From: Candidatus Latescibacterota bacterium
Lineage (GTDB): Bacteria; Latescibacterota; UBA2968; GCA-2709665
Length of the DNA: 64,000 nt
Direction: 5' to 3'
NCBI GenBank assembly: GCA_965203805.1
Contig: OZ241917.1
Span: 3,680,001-3,744,000, forward strand
Each line of letters starts with the position of its first letter. Positions within the stretch are counted from its first letter, which is position 1. The notes beneath the pieces are model-generated. The model saw only the letters and a program-made list of their open reading frames with translations, did no database searches and was not told the origin of the DNA. A program made the position numbers and the translations under genes. Below, one piece after another: positions 35,873-47,304 of this stretch.

Positions 35873-38572
35873 TCAGGACGCCTTCAGGAAATTCCTGAGA
35901 ACCGTGTGCAGAATGCCGCCGTTCCGGTAGTAGTCGATCTCCACGGGCGTATCGATGCGCACCGTTGCGGCAAATGTCGTCACAGTACCATCATCCGCCG
36001 TAGCCGTTACCGTCGCGTCCTGAAGCAGTCGCAGGTCGTCGCCGATTCCCTCGATATCGAACACCTCCCTGCCCGTGAGCCCCAGCGACGCCGCGCTTTC
36101 GCCGTCCTTGTACTGGAGCGGCAGGACGCCCATGCCCACCAGATTGCTCCGGTGAATCCGTTCGTAACTCTCGGCGATCACGGCCCGCACCCCCTGCAGC
36201 GCCGGCCCCTTGGCGGCCCAGTCCCGTGACGATCCCGCGCCGTACTCCTTACCGGACAGAACGACCAGCGGGGTCTCCTCCCGTGCATAGCGCATCGCCG
36301 CATCGTAAATCGCCATCTGCTCGCCGCCGGGCAGATGTACGGTGACGCCGCCTTCAGTGCCGGGCGCGAGCAGGTTGCGGATGCGGATATTCGCGAACGT
36401 GCCGCGCACCATCACTTCATGATTGCCCCGCCTGGACCCGTACGAGTTGAAATCCTTCGGCGCCACGCCGCTTTCGATCAGGTACCGACCGGCCGGGCTG
36501 TCTACCGCAATACTGCCCGCCGGTGAAATGTGGTCCGTGGTGACCGAATCACCCACCATCACAAGCACCCGGGCGCCATGAATCTCCCGGATGGGCGCCG
36601 GCTGCTCCGACAGGTCCCGGAAAAACGGCGGTTCCTGCACATAGGTGCTGTCCGCGTTCCAGGAATACAGCGCCGTTTCCTGCCCGGAAATGGCGTTCCA
36701 GGTCTCGTTGCCGTCGAATACATTGCTATACTGTGTTTCGAACATCTCGGGCTTCAGCGCCTGTGCGATGGTATCGGAGATTTCCTCCTGGGTGGGCCAG
36801 ATGTCCTTCAGGGTAACCGGATTTCCTTCGGCATCCTCACCCAGGGGCTCGCTCGCCAGGTCCACGTCAACCCTGCCCGCCAGGGCGTAGGCCACCACCA
36901 GGGGCGGAGAGGCGAGGTAGTTCGCCTTCACGTGCGGGTTCACCCTGCCCTCGAAATTCCGGTTGCCCGACAGGACCGATGCAGCCACCAGGTCGCCTTC
37001 GTGGATCGCCTCCACCACCGGCTCCGGCAGCGGACCGCTGTTGCCGATGCAGGTGGTGCAACCGTATCCCACCGTGTGGAATCCGAGGCGTTCCAGGTAA
37101 GGCGTCAACCCCGCCGCATTCAGATAATCCGTCACCACGCGGGATCCGGGCGCCAGGCTTGTCTTTACGTACGGGGGCACCGCGAGGCCCCGTTCCACGG
37201 CCTTTTTCGCCAGAAGCCCCGCGCCCACCATGACCGAGGGATTGCTCGTATTCGTGCAACTGGTGATCGCCGCGATCACCACCGCGCCGTGTCCGATCCT
37301 GGCCCTGCCGTTGGCCGCCACGGTCAATTGCCTGGCGCGAACCGAGTCATCCACCCCGAACCCGTTGTGACCGACGGGAGACGTCAACGCCTGCTCGAAG
37401 CCCTGCTTCATGGCGTCCAGCGGCACACGGTCCTGCGGCCGTTTCGGCCCGGCCAGACTCGGTTCCACCGAGCCCAGGTCCATCTCGAGCGTTTCCGTAA
37501 ACGCGGGTTCCGGCGATTCGTCCGTACGAAACAGACCCTGAGCCCGGGTATACCGCGCCACCAGGTCGACCGCCTCCGCCGACCTGGCGGTGCGCTCCAG
37601 GTATCGCAACGTCTCGTGGTCCACGGGAAAGAATCCCACGGTCGCGCCGTATTCGGGCGCCATATTCGCAATGGTTGCGCGGTCGGCCAGGCTGATGCCG
37701 GACAGCCCCGTGCCGTAGAACTCCACGAACTTGCCGACCACCCCTTTTGCGCGCAGCATCTGCGTTACCGTCAGCGCCAGGTCCGTGGCGGTCGCGCCGT
37801 CGGGCAGACTGCCGTACAGCTTGAAGCCCACGACCTCGGGCGTGGCCATATAGATCGGTTGCCCGAGCATAACCGCTTCGGCCTCGATCCCGCCAACCCC
37901 CCATCCCAGCACGCCCAGTCCGTTGATCATTGTGGTATGCGAGTCCGTTCCGACCAGGCTGTCCGGAAATGCAGCGCCCCGCTGGCGCACAACGCCCTTC
38001 GCCAGATATTCCAGGTTCACCTGATGGACGATTCCCGTGGCCGGCGGCACCACCTGAAACTTCTCAAACGCGTTGGCGCCCCACCTCAGGAACTCATAGC
38101 GTTCCCGGTTCCGTTCGAATTCGATCTCCGCGTTGATACGCAGCGCGTCGTGCCGCGCAAACCGGTCGACCTGGACCGAATGGTCGATGACCAGGTCGGC
38201 GGGTATCAGCGGCTCGATCCGCCGGGGGTCCTTTCCCATCCGCGCCAGGGCGGAACGCAGCGCGGCCAGGTCCACCAGGGATGGCACGCCGGTGAAGTCC
38301 TGCAATACCACGCGCGCAGGCATGAAGGGGATCTCCGCCCGGGTGGGCGCCGACGCATTCCATCCCGCCAGTTCCGCGGCATCGTCTTCGGTTACCAGAT
38401 ATCCGTCCAGGTTCCGAAGCGCGGCCTCCAGCAACACCTTGATGGTGAAGGGCAATCGCGAAACCGCGCCGACGCCGGCCGATTCCAGTCGGTCCAGCCG
38501 ATAGATCCATACCTCGCCAGCGGCAGTAGGCAACTTGTCGCGCAATCCGAAAGGATCCTTGTTGTTACTCAT
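35873..38572 (-). CDS. acnA: Aconitate hydratase A
   Basis: LQDFTGVP; DHSVQ; DSHTTM; TSCTNTSN; GCTTCIGN; SSRDWAAKG. Confidence 0.97.
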   Translation of the reverse strand: MSNNKDPFGLRDKLPTAAGEVWIYRLDRLESAGVGAVSRLPFTIKVLLEAALRNLDGYLVTEDDAAELAGWNASAPTRAEIPFMPARVVLQDFTGVPSLVDLAALRSALARMGKDPRRIEPLIPADLVIDHSVQVDRFARHDALRINAEIEFERNRERYEFLRWGANAFEKFQVVPPATGIVHQVNLEYLAKGVVRQRGAAFPDSLVGTDSHTTMINGLGVLGWGVGGIEAEAVMLGQPIYMATPEVVGFKLYGSLPDGATATDLALTVTQMLRAKGVVGKFVEFYGTGLSGISLADRATIANMAPEYGATVGFFPVDHETLRYLERTARSAEAVDLVARYTRAQGLFRTDESPEPAFTETLEMDLGSVEPSLAGPKRPQDRVPLDAMKQGFEQALTSPVGHNGFGVDDSVRARQLTVAANGRARIGHGAVVIAAITSCTNTSNPSVMVGAGLLAKKAVERGLAVPPYVKTSLAPGSRVVTDYLNAAGLTPYLERLGFHTVGYGCTTCIGNSGPLPEPVVEAIHEGDLVAASVLSGNRNFEGRVNPHVKANYLASPPLVVAYALAGRVDVDLASEPLGEDAEGNPVTLKDIWPTQEEISDTIAQALKPEMFETQYSNVFDGNETWNAISGQETALYSWNADSTYVQEPPFFRDLSEQPAPIREIHGARVLVMVGDSVTTDHISPAGSIAVDSPAGRYLIESGVAPKDFNSYGSRRGNHEVMVRGTFANIRIRNLLAPGTEGGVTVHLPGGEQMAIYDAAMRYAREETPLVVLSGKEYGAGSSRDWAAKGPALQGVRAVIAESYERIHRSNLVGMGVLPLQYKDGESAASLGLTGREVFDIEGIGDDLRLLQDATVTATADDGTVTTFAATVRIDTPVEIDYYRNGGILHTVLRNFLKAS

Positions 38573-38702
38573 AACAGACACCCTCAAAAAGCGATCAGTC
38601 ATCAACTCAAATCAAGAGCTGCTTACACAATATATAATATCGTCTTAAGTTCGCAAGTGGGAATCGAACTTCGGTTTCGTCCAAGAGCCGACGCCTGGTT
38701 CC

Positions 38703-38743
38703 GCTCCCCCTTTCCCACCGGGAGAGGGGGTTGGGGGGAGAGG
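38703..38743. repeat. GC-rich intergenic hairpin repeat
   Basis: CCCCCTTTCCC-ACC-GGGAGAGGGGG followed by TTGGGGGGAGAGG. Confidence 0.5.
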
Positions 38744-38879
38744 TTTGCGGGGCTGGGGGCGGTTCGATTTTTATTCAAACTGACGGCTGAAAGCCGACCG
38801 CACAGGCTCCCCCTTTACATCGCAATCGAATTTATCTAATTTCAATACAATACAAAAGCGAATCGTTGTTATAGATTAT

Positions 38880-38894
38880 ATTCCTGATTGGAAT
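38880..38894. promoter_or_regulatory. LysR-type binding site
   Basis: ATTCC-N5-GGAAT (T-N11-A) upstream of the LysR gene. Confidence 0.55.
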
Positions 38895-38960
38895 GGATTT
38901 GAGCCGCGGGCGCAAGCGTCCGGCGGTCGCGAGGATTCCAAATCCGGAGGGCGATGTGTT

Positions 38961-39848
38961 ATGATCGAGAACATTGAAACCCTGTCCGCGCTTGCCGAGG
39001 CAGGCACCATGACCAAGGCCGGCACACGGCTGCGCATCACCCAGTCGGCCGTCAGCAAACGCATAGACGTCCTCGAAAATGCACTGGGTCGCAAACTCGT
39101 CGAACCCGTCGGCAGACGCGTCCGGCTCACGCCCGCGGGCATCCAGCTGCTTGAGAAGACGGCGCCGTTCATGGCCGCGTTGCGGGAGGCCGTTGCGGAC
39201 GAGTCCCCCGTTCAGGGCAGCCGCCTGGTGATCGGCATCTCGGAATCCATTCTTTCCGCCTGGGGTTCGCGCGTTCTGGCCGGCGTCGTTCAGGCCATTC
39301 CGCAGCTTGAACTCGTCATCAATGCCCATCGAAGCCCGGTTGCCATTGACAACGTCCGCTCCGGCGAATATATGCTCGCGCTGTGCGCGGACATGGGGGG
39401 GTACAGCGCCGACGTGAAGTCGGAGCCCCTTGTGGACGAGCCGATGGTCCTCGTGCCCTCGGGGCTGAAGCCGTTTCAGCTTCGCCGCGATACAACCCTT
39501 CCCGTCATCACCATCGAACCCCATGCCGCGACCTGGCGGCACCTGGAACGGCAGATCAGGGCGCACGCCGGGAACTGGAACATCCGAATCGAAGCCGAAC
39601 AGACCCTGCAATCTTTCGCGGGGATCGCCCAGTTGGCCCGGTGCGGGTTCGGGCACGGACTCGTGCCGCTGGGCATCGCAAGCGCATTGGGCATTCCGGA
39701 CACGAGCCTCATTCGATTCCCCGAACCCGGGCTCTCCCGGCCGATCGCTCTGATCGGACGCAGCACGACCTTCGCCCGTCCCATCGTCAGGACCTTTCAC
39801 CGTATGCTCAGAAAAACCATCCCTTCAAGTCTCTCCGAAACAGGCTGA
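38961..39848 (+). CDS. LysR family transcriptional regulator
   Basis: TMTKAGTRLRITQSAVSKRI..LE..LG..L..LTPAG; 295 aa. Confidence 0.93.
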   Translation: MIENIETLSALAEAGTMTKAGTRLRITQSAVSKRIDVLENALGRKLVEPVGRRVRLTPAGIQLLEKTAPFMAALREAVADESPVQGSRLVIGISESILSAWGSRVLAGVVQAIPQLELVINAHRSPVAIDNVRSGEYMLALCADMGGYSADVKSEPLVDEPMVLVPSGLKPFQLRRDTTLPVITIEPHAATWRHLERQIRAHAGNWNIRIEAEQTLQSFAGIAQLARCGFGHGLVPLGIASALGIPDTSLIRFPEPGLSRPIALIGRSTTFARPIVRTFHRMLRKTIPSSLSETG

Positions 39849-39906
39849 TTTCATTCCTGTTTCGGCTTGCCATTCGAGCGCCAAAACCGTATTTTCCGAC
39901 TCCCCA

Positions 39907-41481
39907 ATGTCCAGCCCGGAACGACGTTTTGCCGCCCTGGTCATCCTCGACGGCTGGGGCCTTTCTTCCAACGAGGACCATAACGCGGTCGCGCTTGCCG
40001 ATACACCGGCTATGGACCGGATCGGCGCGATGTACCCGTCCACCACCCTGCAGACCTGTGGACGCAGCGTCGGTCTGCCCGACGGATTGATCGGCAACTC
40101 CGAAGTGGGGCATCTCAACCTGGGCGCCGGACGTGTCGTGACGCAGGCCGTCACCCGGATCGACGACAGGGTGAGGGACGGGGACTTCTCGCGGAATGAG
40201 GCGTTGCTCGCGTCGATGGACCGGGTTGCCGGTACCGATCGACGCCTCCATCTGATCGGACTGGTGTCCGACGGGGGGGTGCATTCCTGGCCCAACCACT
40301 ACAACGGACTGCTCAAAATGGCCGCCGGCCGCCGGCTGAAGCCGGACCAGGTCTGCGTCCATGCGTGGCTCGACGGACGTGACACGCCGCCCAGGAGCGG
40401 TATCCGCCATCTGGCTGCCCTGGTCGAGATGTGCGAGTCCGCGGGCGTGGGCGGAATTGCCACGGTTTGCGGCCGCTACTTCGCCATGGACCGGGACCGG
40501 CGCTGGGACCGTGTTCGTTCGGCCTATGACGCCATGACACTCGGCCGCGGGGCGCCCGCAAGGGACCCGTTCGAGGCCCTCCAGGACGCGTACGATCGTA
40601 ACGAGACGGACGAGTTCGTCAAGCCGATCATAATCGAGGGCCCGGATGCGGGGCCGCCGGCCACCATCGGGAACGACGACTCCGTGCTTTGCTTCAATTT
40701 TCGGGGCGACCGGGGCCGGCAGATCACACGCGCGTTCGTGCTTCGGGATTTCGACGGGTTTGAGCGGGCAGTACACCCAGGGGTACACTATACGTGCCTC
40801 ACGCGTTACGAAGCCGGCCTGCCCGTGGACGGGGTCGCGTTTTCGCCCGGGGACCTGGCCCAGGAAATGCCGGACGTCTGCGGGAAGACGTTGAGCGAAG
40901 CCGGTCTCCGGCAGCTGCGCATTGCCGAAACCGAGAAATACGCGCACGTCACCTATTTCTTCAACGGCCAGCGGGAGGAACCCTTCGAGGGCGAAACGCG
41001 TATCATGGTCCCCTCGCCCAGGGACGTGCCCACGTACGACTTCAAGCCCGAAATGAGTGCGCGGACCGTCACACGGAAATTCGTAGACGCGATCCGCTCG
41101 CGGCGGTTCGACGCCGCCATCTGCAATTTCGCAAATCCCGACATGGTCGGTCATACCGGCGACCTGGCGGCGGCCGTCAAAGCCGTGACGACCGTAGACC
41201 GGTGTCTGGGGCAGATCCTCGCAGCCATCGCGGAAGCCGGCGGCGCCGCCATCGTTACCGCGGACCACGGCAACGCCGAACAGATGATTCACCACCGAAC
41301 CCGCGAGCCGCATACCGCCCATACAGCCAATCCCGCGCCATTCGTTCTTGTCGATCCCCGGTTCCGCGGAAGGCTCAGGGACGGCGGCCGGCTCTGCGAC
41401 GTCGCGCCCACCCTTCTGGGCGTTCTCGGGCTTCTCAAGCCGGAGGCCATGACGGGAGACGACCTCAGAGAGATGTCCTGA
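39907..41481 (+). CDS. gpmI: 2,3-BPG-independent phosphoglycerate mutase
   Basis: LDGWG; GNSEVGH; DGRDT; AETEKYAHVT; DMVGHTG; TADHGNAE. Confidence 0.97.
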   Translation: MSSPERRFAALVILDGWGLSSNEDHNAVALADTPAMDRIGAMYPSTTLQTCGRSVGLPDGLIGNSEVGHLNLGAGRVVTQAVTRIDDRVRDGDFSRNEALLASMDRVAGTDRRLHLIGLVSDGGVHSWPNHYNGLLKMAAGRRLKPDQVCVHAWLDGRDTPPRSGIRHLAALVEMCESAGVGGIATVCGRYFAMDRDRRWDRVRSAYDAMTLGRGAPARDPFEALQDAYDRNETDEFVKPIIIEGPDAGPPATIGNDDSVLCFNFRGDRGRQITRAFVLRDFDGFERAVHPGVHYTCLTRYEAGLPVDGVAFSPGDLAQEMPDVCGKTLSEAGLRQLRIAETEKYAHVTYFFNGQREEPFEGETRIMVPSPRDVPTYDFKPEMSARTVTRKFVDAIRSRRFDAAICNFANPDMVGHTGDLAAAVKAVTTVDRCLGQILAAIAEAGGAAIVTADHGNAEQMIHHRTREPHTAHTANPAPFVLVDPRFRGRLRDGGRLCDVAPTLLGVLGLLKPEAMTGDDLREMS

Positions 41482-41525
41482 AAACCGCTCGGCGCCCCGA
41501 CGCGGCCCACCCATGAGGAAACCCC

Positions 41526-42689
41526 ATGAAGATCCACGAATACCAGGCAAAGGAAATCCTCAAATCGTTTGACGTTCCCGTACCCGACGGCCGCCTTGCC
41601 ACCACGGCCGGCGAGGCCGGAAGCGCGGCGGCCGAAATCGGCGGCGCCGTCGTCGTCAAGGCCCAGATCCACGCCGGCGGCAGGGGCAAGGGAGGTGGGA
41701 TCAAAATCGCGCGGAGCCCGGACGAGGCCCGTGAAGTTGCCGGGGACATGCTCGGACGGAAACTGGTGACGCCCCAGACAGGCCCCGAAGGGCAGAACGT
41801 CAAGCAGGTGTGGATCGAAAGCGCCACCGATATCGCCCGGGAACTCTACCTGGGCGTGGTGTTGGACCGTGATCAATCCAGACTGGTCATCATGGCTTCC
41901 AGCGAGGGTGGCATGGACATCGAAGAAGTGGCCGCCGCCACGCCGGAAAAGATCCTCAGGGAGACCGTCGATCCGGCGGTCGGGCTTCAGCCATACCAGG
42001 CCCGCCGGCTCGCTTTCGGCCTCGGTCTGGAGGGGGGGGCGTTCAAGCAGGGCGTGCGGTTCATCGACCGCCTCTGCGCCGCCTACATCGGCACCGACTG
42101 TTCACTGGCCGAAATCAACCCCCTCGTCGTGACCGCCGATGACAACCTGGTGGCCCTGGACGCCAAGATGAACTTCGACGACAACGCGCTCTTCCGCCAC
42201 GGAGAGATTCGGAAACTCCGTGACACCGACGAGGAAGACCCTCTGGAAGTGGACGCCTCAGAATTCGATCTCAACTATATCAAGCTCGACGGCGAGGTCG
42301 GCTGCATGGTCAACGGCGCCGGTCTGGCCATGGCCACCATGGATATCGTCAAGCACGCGGGATCGTCCCCCGCCAATTTCCTGGACGTGGGCGGGGGCGC
42401 AAACGTGGAGCGGGTGGAGAACGCCTTCCGTATCCTGCTTTCGGACACCGGCGTCAAGGCCGTGCTCATCAATATTTTCGGCGGTATCGTTCGTTGCGAC
42501 CGGGTTGCCGAGGGGGTGGTTCAGGCGTTGGGGAGTTTCTCGGTCAACCTGCCCATCGTGGTGCGCCTGCAGGGGACCAACGCCGAAGAGGGCGCGCGAA
42601 TTCTGGAGAACTCGGACCTGAAATTCACGGTCGCCCGGGAGTTGAAAGAAGCGGCGGAAGCGGTTGTGACGGCGGTTCGGGGACGGTGA
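41526..42689 (+). CDS. sucC: Succinate-CoA ligase beta subunit
   Basis: MKIHEYQAK; GGRGKGGG; EINPL; NGAGLAM; NFLDVGGGA; NIFGGIVRCD. Confidence 0.97.
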   Translation: MKIHEYQAKEILKSFDVPVPDGRLATTAGEAGSAAAEIGGAVVVKAQIHAGGRGKGGGIKIARSPDEAREVAGDMLGRKLVTPQTGPEGQNVKQVWIESATDIARELYLGVVLDRDQSRLVIMASSEGGMDIEEVAAATPEKILRETVDPAVGLQPYQARRLAFGLGLEGGAFKQGVRFIDRLCAAYIGTDCSLAEINPLVVTADDNLVALDAKMNFDDNALFRHGEIRKLRDTDEEDPLEVDASEFDLNYIKLDGEVGCMVNGAGLAMATMDIVKHAGSSPANFLDVGGGANVERVENAFRILLSDTGVKAVLINIFGGIVRCDRVAEGVVQALGSFSVNLPIVVRLQGTNAEEGARILENSDLKFTVARELKEAAEAVVTAVRGR

Positions 42690-42738
42690 AGAGAAAAGCC
42701 AAATGGCTGCATTCTTTGCAGCCACCTCCCTTTGTGTA

Positions 42739-42865
42739 TGCCAAAATGGCATATTTATGCAAAAATAGCAGAATTCAGACGAGGCCGGTCCAGGCACTGG
42801 AATTGATATCTACTTGTTTTTAAGATATTTCGCTAGAATTCGCAGTCTGTGGTACTCATGTTGCT
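42739..42865 (+). promoter_or_regulatory. Putative sigma54 promoter with upstream activator sites
   Basis: TGGTAC-N5-TTGCT at 42850-42865; TGC-N7-GCA at 42739-42751 and 42758-42770. Confidence 0.55.
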
Positions 42866-42922
42866 TCAATTGGGTTGTTGGTCCTATCAAGAATCGGAAG
42901 CCTAAAGAACAGGAAGCCCCTT

Positions 42923-43216
42923 ATGCCCACGTATGACTACGTATGTGAAGCGTGCAGCCATGAGTTCGAGCACTTTCAGAGCATTACATCGTCTCCGTTG
43001 CGCAAATGTCCGGAATGCGGCGAGCGAAAACTGAAGCGGCTCATCGGCGCCGGGGCGGGACTCCTCTTCAAGGGCTCGGGTTTCTACATTACGGACTACC
43101 GGAGTGAAGGATATAAAGAGGCCGCGAAGAAAGACGCGCCCAAAGACAAGAAAAAGGAATCGAAAGGCAAGGGCGGCAGCGGCGCAAAGTCCAAGAGCAA
43201 GGAAAAAGCGGCATAA
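42923..43216 (+). CDS. FmdB family zinc-ribbon protein
   Basis: [27 protein letters not shown]. Confidence 0.92.
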   Translation: MPTYDYVCEACSHEFEHFQSITSSPLRKCPECGERKLKRLIGAGAGLLFKGSGFYITDYRSEGYKEAAKKDAPKDKKKESKGKGGSGAKSKSKEKAA

Positions 43217-43250
43217 ATCAAGCCGTAATCAACAGAAAGGAAGACAACCA

Positions 43251-45170
43251 ATGGGCAAAGTTATCGGAATCGACCTGGGGACGACCAACTCCTGCGTTGC
43301 CGTGATGGAGGGAGGCGATCCCGTCGTGATTCCCAATGCCGAAGGCGGGCGCACCACGCCGTCGGTCATCGCGTTCACCAAAGACGACGAGCGCCTCGTC
43401 GGTCAGGTGGCGAAACGGCAGGCCGTGACGAACCCGCAAAACACCGTCTATTCCATCAAACGCTTTATGGGCAGGCGCTACGAGGAAGTGCCCAACGAAA
43501 TCGAAGAAGTGCCCTACGAAGTCCAGAGGGAGAGCAACGGTCTTGCTACCGCAAAACTCGGCGACACGACGTACACACCTCCCGAGATCTCGGCCATGGT
43601 CCTTCAGAAAATGAAGCAGACGGCTGAAGAATACCTGGGCGAGACCGTTACGGACGCCGTGATCACGGTCCCGGCCTACTTTAACGACGCACAGCGCAAA
43701 GCCACCACGGACGCGGGGAAGATCGCCGGCCTGGAGGTGAAGCGAATCGTCAACGAACCCACGGCCGCTTCATTGGCCTACGGCCTGGACAAGAAAAGCG
43801 ACGAAATCATCGCGGTCTACGACCTGGGCGGCGGCACGTTCGACATTTCCATTCTGGAACTGGGCGACGGCGTATTCGAAGTCAAATCCACCAACGGGGA
43901 TACCCACCTGGGCGGGGACGACTTCGATCAGCGCATCATCGACTGGCTCGCGGACGAGTTCCAGCGGGAGAACAACATCGACCTGCGCAACGACCCAATG
44001 GCGCTGCAGCGGCTGAAGGAAGCGGCCGAAAAAGCCAAATGCGAACTTTCCAGTTCTCTTCAGACGGACGTCAACCTGCCGTTTGTCACGGCCGACGCGT
44101 CAGGCCCCAAGCATATGAACCTGACCCTGTCCCGGGCCAAATTCGAGCAACTCGTGGAAGACCTGGTCGAACGCACCAAGAGGCCGTGTGCCCAGGCGAT
44201 CAGGGACGCGGGCCTGTCGCCGTCTGAGATCAACGAGGTGATCCTGGTTGGCGGCAGCACACGCATTCCCAAAGTTCAGGAAGCGGTGAAGGAGCTCTTC
44301 GGCAAAGACCCGAACCGGGGCGTAAACCCCGACGAAGTGGTCGCGGTGGGCGCCGCGATCCAGGCCGGTGTGCTTTCGGGCGAGGTCAAAGACGTGGTGC
44401 TTCTGGACGTAACCCCGCTGTCCCTCGGCATTGAGACGCTGGGCGGCGTGATGACGAAGCTCATCGATCGCAACACCACCATTCCAACCAGGAAGTCCCA
44501 GGTATTCACAACGGCTGCCGACAGCCAGCCTTCGGTCGAGGTGCACGTGCTCCAGGGCGAAAGGGAAATGTCGGTTGACAACCGTACGATCGGCCGGTTC
44601 CACCTGGACGGCATTCCGCCCGCGCCCCGCGGCACCCCCCAGATCGAAGTCAGCTTCGACATCGACGCCAACGGGATCATGAACGTCTCCGCGAAAGACA
44701 TGGGCACAAACAAGGAACAGAGCATCCGGATTGAGGCCTCATCGGGCCTGTCCGACGCCGAAATCGACCGGATGGTCAGCGACGCCAAGGAAAACGCCGC
44801 CGATGACAAGAAGCGGCGCGAGGGCATCGAAGTTCGCAACCAGGCGGATCAGCAGGTTTACCAGACCGAAAAGCAACTCGGCGAAATGGGCGACAAAGTC
44901 AGCGACGACGCCAGGGCCAAGGTACAGGCCGCGGTGGACCGGGTGAAGGAAACGCTCAAGGGCGAGAACCCGGACGAAATCAAGGCGGCTACCGAAGCGC
45001 TCACCCAGCAGTGGCACCAGGTGGCGAGCGAACTCTATGCGCAGGCCTCGCAGGCGGGTCCGGAGGATGGGGCTCCGGGTGGTCCGGAGCAGCCCGCCGG
45101 TGAACAGAAGACAGACGACGGTGTCGTCGACGCGGAGTATGAAGTGGTGGATGACGACAAAAAGAAGTAA
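43251..45170 (+). CDS. dnaK: Chaperone DnaK
   Basis: [10 protein letters not shown]; TVPAYFND; DLGGGTFD; VNPDEVVA; DAEYE terminus. Confidence 0.99.
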   Translation: MGKVIGIDLGTTNSCVAVMEGGDPVVIPNAEGGRTTPSVIAFTKDDERLVGQVAKRQAVTNPQNTVYSIKRFMGRRYEEVPNEIEEVPYEVQRESNGLATAKLGDTTYTPPEISAMVLQKMKQTAEEYLGETVTDAVITVPAYFNDAQRKATTDAGKIAGLEVKRIVNEPTAASLAYGLDKKSDEIIAVYDLGGGTFDISILELGDGVFEVKSTNGDTHLGGDDFDQRIIDWLADEFQRENNIDLRNDPMALQRLKEAAEKAKCELSSSLQTDVNLPFVTADASGPKHMNLTLSRAKFEQLVEDLVERTKRPCAQAIRDAGLSPSEINEVILVGGSTRIPKVQEAVKELFGKDPNRGVNPDEVVAVGAAIQAGVLSGEVKDVVLLDVTPLSLGIETLGGVMTKLIDRNTTIPTRKSQVFTTAADSQPSVEVHVLQGEREMSVDNRTIGRFHLDGIPPAPRGTPQIEVSFDIDANGIMNVSAKDMGTNKEQSIRIEASSGLSDAEIDRMVSDAKENAADDKKRREGIEVRNQADQQVYQTEKQLGEMGDKVSDDARAKVQAAVDRVKETLKGENPDEIKAATEALTQQWHQVASELYAQASQAGPEDGAPGGPEQPAGEQKTDDGVVDAEYEVVDDDKKK

Positions 45171-45189
45171 TCCACATCAGGAGAAGAAC

Positions 45190-45227
45190 AGCGGAGGCGA
45201 TCCCCCGGGGATGGCCTCCGCTTTTTT
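45190..45227 (+). terminator. Intrinsic terminator of dnaK
   Basis: AGCGGAGGC/GCCTCCGCT stem followed by a T-run. Confidence 0.85.
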
Positions 45228-45311
45228 GTTTCAAATTCGGCGCGTTTTCCCGTCTCCCGTCTTCCGTCTCCCCCGGGGGTGAAGGGTTGTGGGGAGGATC
45301 CGCGATCGTCG

Positions 45312-45509
45312 TCAACTCTCGAGTTGCCGCGCGGAAAAGAGCGCCCACGCCCGTTCGCGCGCGGCGGTCTCATTCTTCGGTTCATTCAACTTGTACTCGA
45401 ACCGGAGCCGACGCTTTCCTTTCACGACCTCAAAGACATCGACGAGCCAGAAGTCGCCGTCATGTCTCGCATTCAGGATAAACTCGCGCTTCTTGTGGCG
45501 AAAAACCAT
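45312..45509 (-). CDS. Small hypothetical protein (65 aa)
   Basis: MVFRHKKREFILNARHDGDFWLVDVFEV..., protein-like composition, SD-like GGAG upstream. Confidence 0.5.
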   Translation of the reverse strand: MVFRHKKREFILNARHDGDFWLVDVFEVVKGKRRLRFEYKLNEPKNETAARERAWALFSARQLES

Positions 45510-45591
45510 AGCCGGCTCCGGCTTCGAGGATTCGCGTTCGGCGATATCTCTCAGGCACCGTGATCCTGCATCGGAAGGCCGCCGGGCCGGG

Positions 45592-46410
45592 CTACCAGTT
45601 GTCCATGCCAAGCAGCTTTCGCCCGAGCGGCGTCAACCGAGCCGTTTCGCCTTCCAGGTGTTCCTTTTCCTTCCGGTTCTTGCCCAGCCCAGTAAGCCGT
45701 TCACGCCATCCCTCAATGCGGCGCTGCCGGTGGGATTCGTCGACGTCCCTGGCCGGTGTCATTGTGATGTATTGCGCAATGCGCGGCCGTTCGGCCGAGT
45801 TCGGGCTGCTTCCATGGGGCAACAGGCTGTTCCAGATGACGAGGTCGCCCTCCCTGCCGGCGATCGGCTTCGCCTGATGCCCGAATTCCGCCTGCATCCG
45901 CGTCCTGGGGTCGTCCTCGTCCGACAGCGTATCGAGCCAGTCCGCAATACGACGGTGGAAGCCGGGGATGCACGTGAACGCGCCCTGGTTCGCCGCTGTA
46001 TCCGACAGATACAACACCCCCTGTACCATGAAGCGGGAAGGGTCGTCCAGTGAGATATCCCAATGCAGATAGGGTCCCTTGAACGCAAATCCGGGTCGTT
46101 CCGGCGGATTCAGACTCGTCCTGTCGAAACTCACCCAGAGCTTCTCGGTCCCCCAGATGTCAGCAAACGCCCGGTGGACCCTGGGGTGCTGCCGGTTGTT
46201 CCACAGCGCCTGGCTCTGGTACATTTCGACCATGATTCCTGGCCTGGGCGGGTCCGGGTACCACGTCTCCGCGTTTTCGGAGTCCATGCCCAGAAATCCC
46301 CACACGGCCTCCTCGGCCGCGCGGCAGTTTGCCTGCGGAACGGCCTCGGGCACCACAACGTATCCGTTCTCCTTCCAGAATGCCAACGCTTCGGCGTCCA
46401 GAACTGCCAT
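45592..46410 (-). CDS. Phytanoyl-CoA dioxygenase family protein
   Basis: FWKENGYVVV; LHWD; GDLVIWNSLLPHGS..R. GGAGG SD before ATG 46410. Confidence 0.9.
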   Translation of the reverse strand: MAVLDAEALAFWKENGYVVVPEAVPQANCRAAEEAVWGFLGMDSENAETWYPDPPRPGIMVEMYQSQALWNNRQHPRVHRAFADIWGTEKLWVSFDRTSLNPPERPGFAFKGPYLHWDISLDDPSRFMVQGVLYLSDTAANQGAFTCIPGFHRRIADWLDTLSDEDDPRTRMQAEFGHQAKPIAGREGDLVIWNSLLPHGSSPNSAERPRIAQYITMTPARDVDESHRQRRIEGWRERLTGLGKNRKEKEHLEGETARLTPLGRKLLGMDNW

Positions 46411-46761
46411 GTCAACCTCCCTTAACTTATCGGATCGAACGGAATGAAAAAACCCACTCGATTTCCAGGTGATAACGTGCGGTCCCGAATATGTTGCCGG
46501 AACGAAACCTGTCAAGTCATTTCGATCTGCCACCGGGACTCGGGAGGACAATGCGAGCGACGATCGGACCGGCGGACTCCGGAAACTCTTTTTTGTGTGG
46601 ATAATGTGCCGATCTTGTATATATTTCCTTGTTGGCCCGGGTCGGCCCGTCCAACGGGTCCCGATGCCTCCGATACGGATCGAAACACGGGTCCGAACCC
46701 CGTTTTCCGCAACGTCGCCAGAGGGTTTGCTGAAGCTGTATCTGTTCCTGGGACTCCGATC

Positions 46762-47199
46762 ATGACGGTCCGGAAAGTCAAATTCATCTCGGGTTTCGCG
46801 GTCATCGTCGCCAGCCTGATTCTTCTGGTTGTTACCAGTTCTCAGAAAATGGCGATGTATTACCTTACCGTTTCGGAACTGGATGCCCGTGAGACTGAAT
46901 TCGCGAATCAGCGCATCAAGCTCGCGGGCAAGGTCACGCCCGGCACCATCCGGAAGCGTCCGGGCCGCATTGTCGAGTTTCAGATCTGGGAACCCCTGGG
47001 CGGAGACGCCTTCTCCGCCAAACGATCGGTGGTATATGCGGGCATTGTGCCGGACACGTTCCGGGACGAAGCCGACGTGGTCCTGGAAGGCGAAGTTGGC
47101 GCGAACGGCCTCTTTCGCGCCCAAACTCTGTTGGCCAAGTGCCCCTCCAAATACGAGGGGCAATCTTACGACGAAATCAAGAAAGCCTATAGCAGGTAA
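46762..47199 (+). CDS. ccmE: Cytochrome c maturation protein CcmE (CxxxY type)
   Basis: N-terminal TM; YYLTVSE; Y.GIVPDTFRD; LLAKCPSKY. Confidence 0.92.
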   Translation: MTVRKVKFISGFAVIVASLILLVVTSSQKMAMYYLTVSELDARETEFANQRIKLAGKVTPGTIRKRPGRIVEFQIWEPLGGDAFSAKRSVVYAGIVPDTFRDEADVVLEGEVGANGLFRAQTLLAKCPSKYEGQSYDEIKKAYSR

Positions 47200-47304
47200 C
47201 ATCCATCCAGTGTTCTGACCCGCTGAAAGATCCTCGAATGACGACACATCTCACATACAGGAAACCGGTAAAGACCGGTCGTCCGATGAACCGCGGCTCC
47301 AGCA

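Noticed and set aside
41526-42689. sucC without adjacent sucD
   Set aside because: Split sucC and sucD loci are common, so this is uninformative without the rest of the genome.
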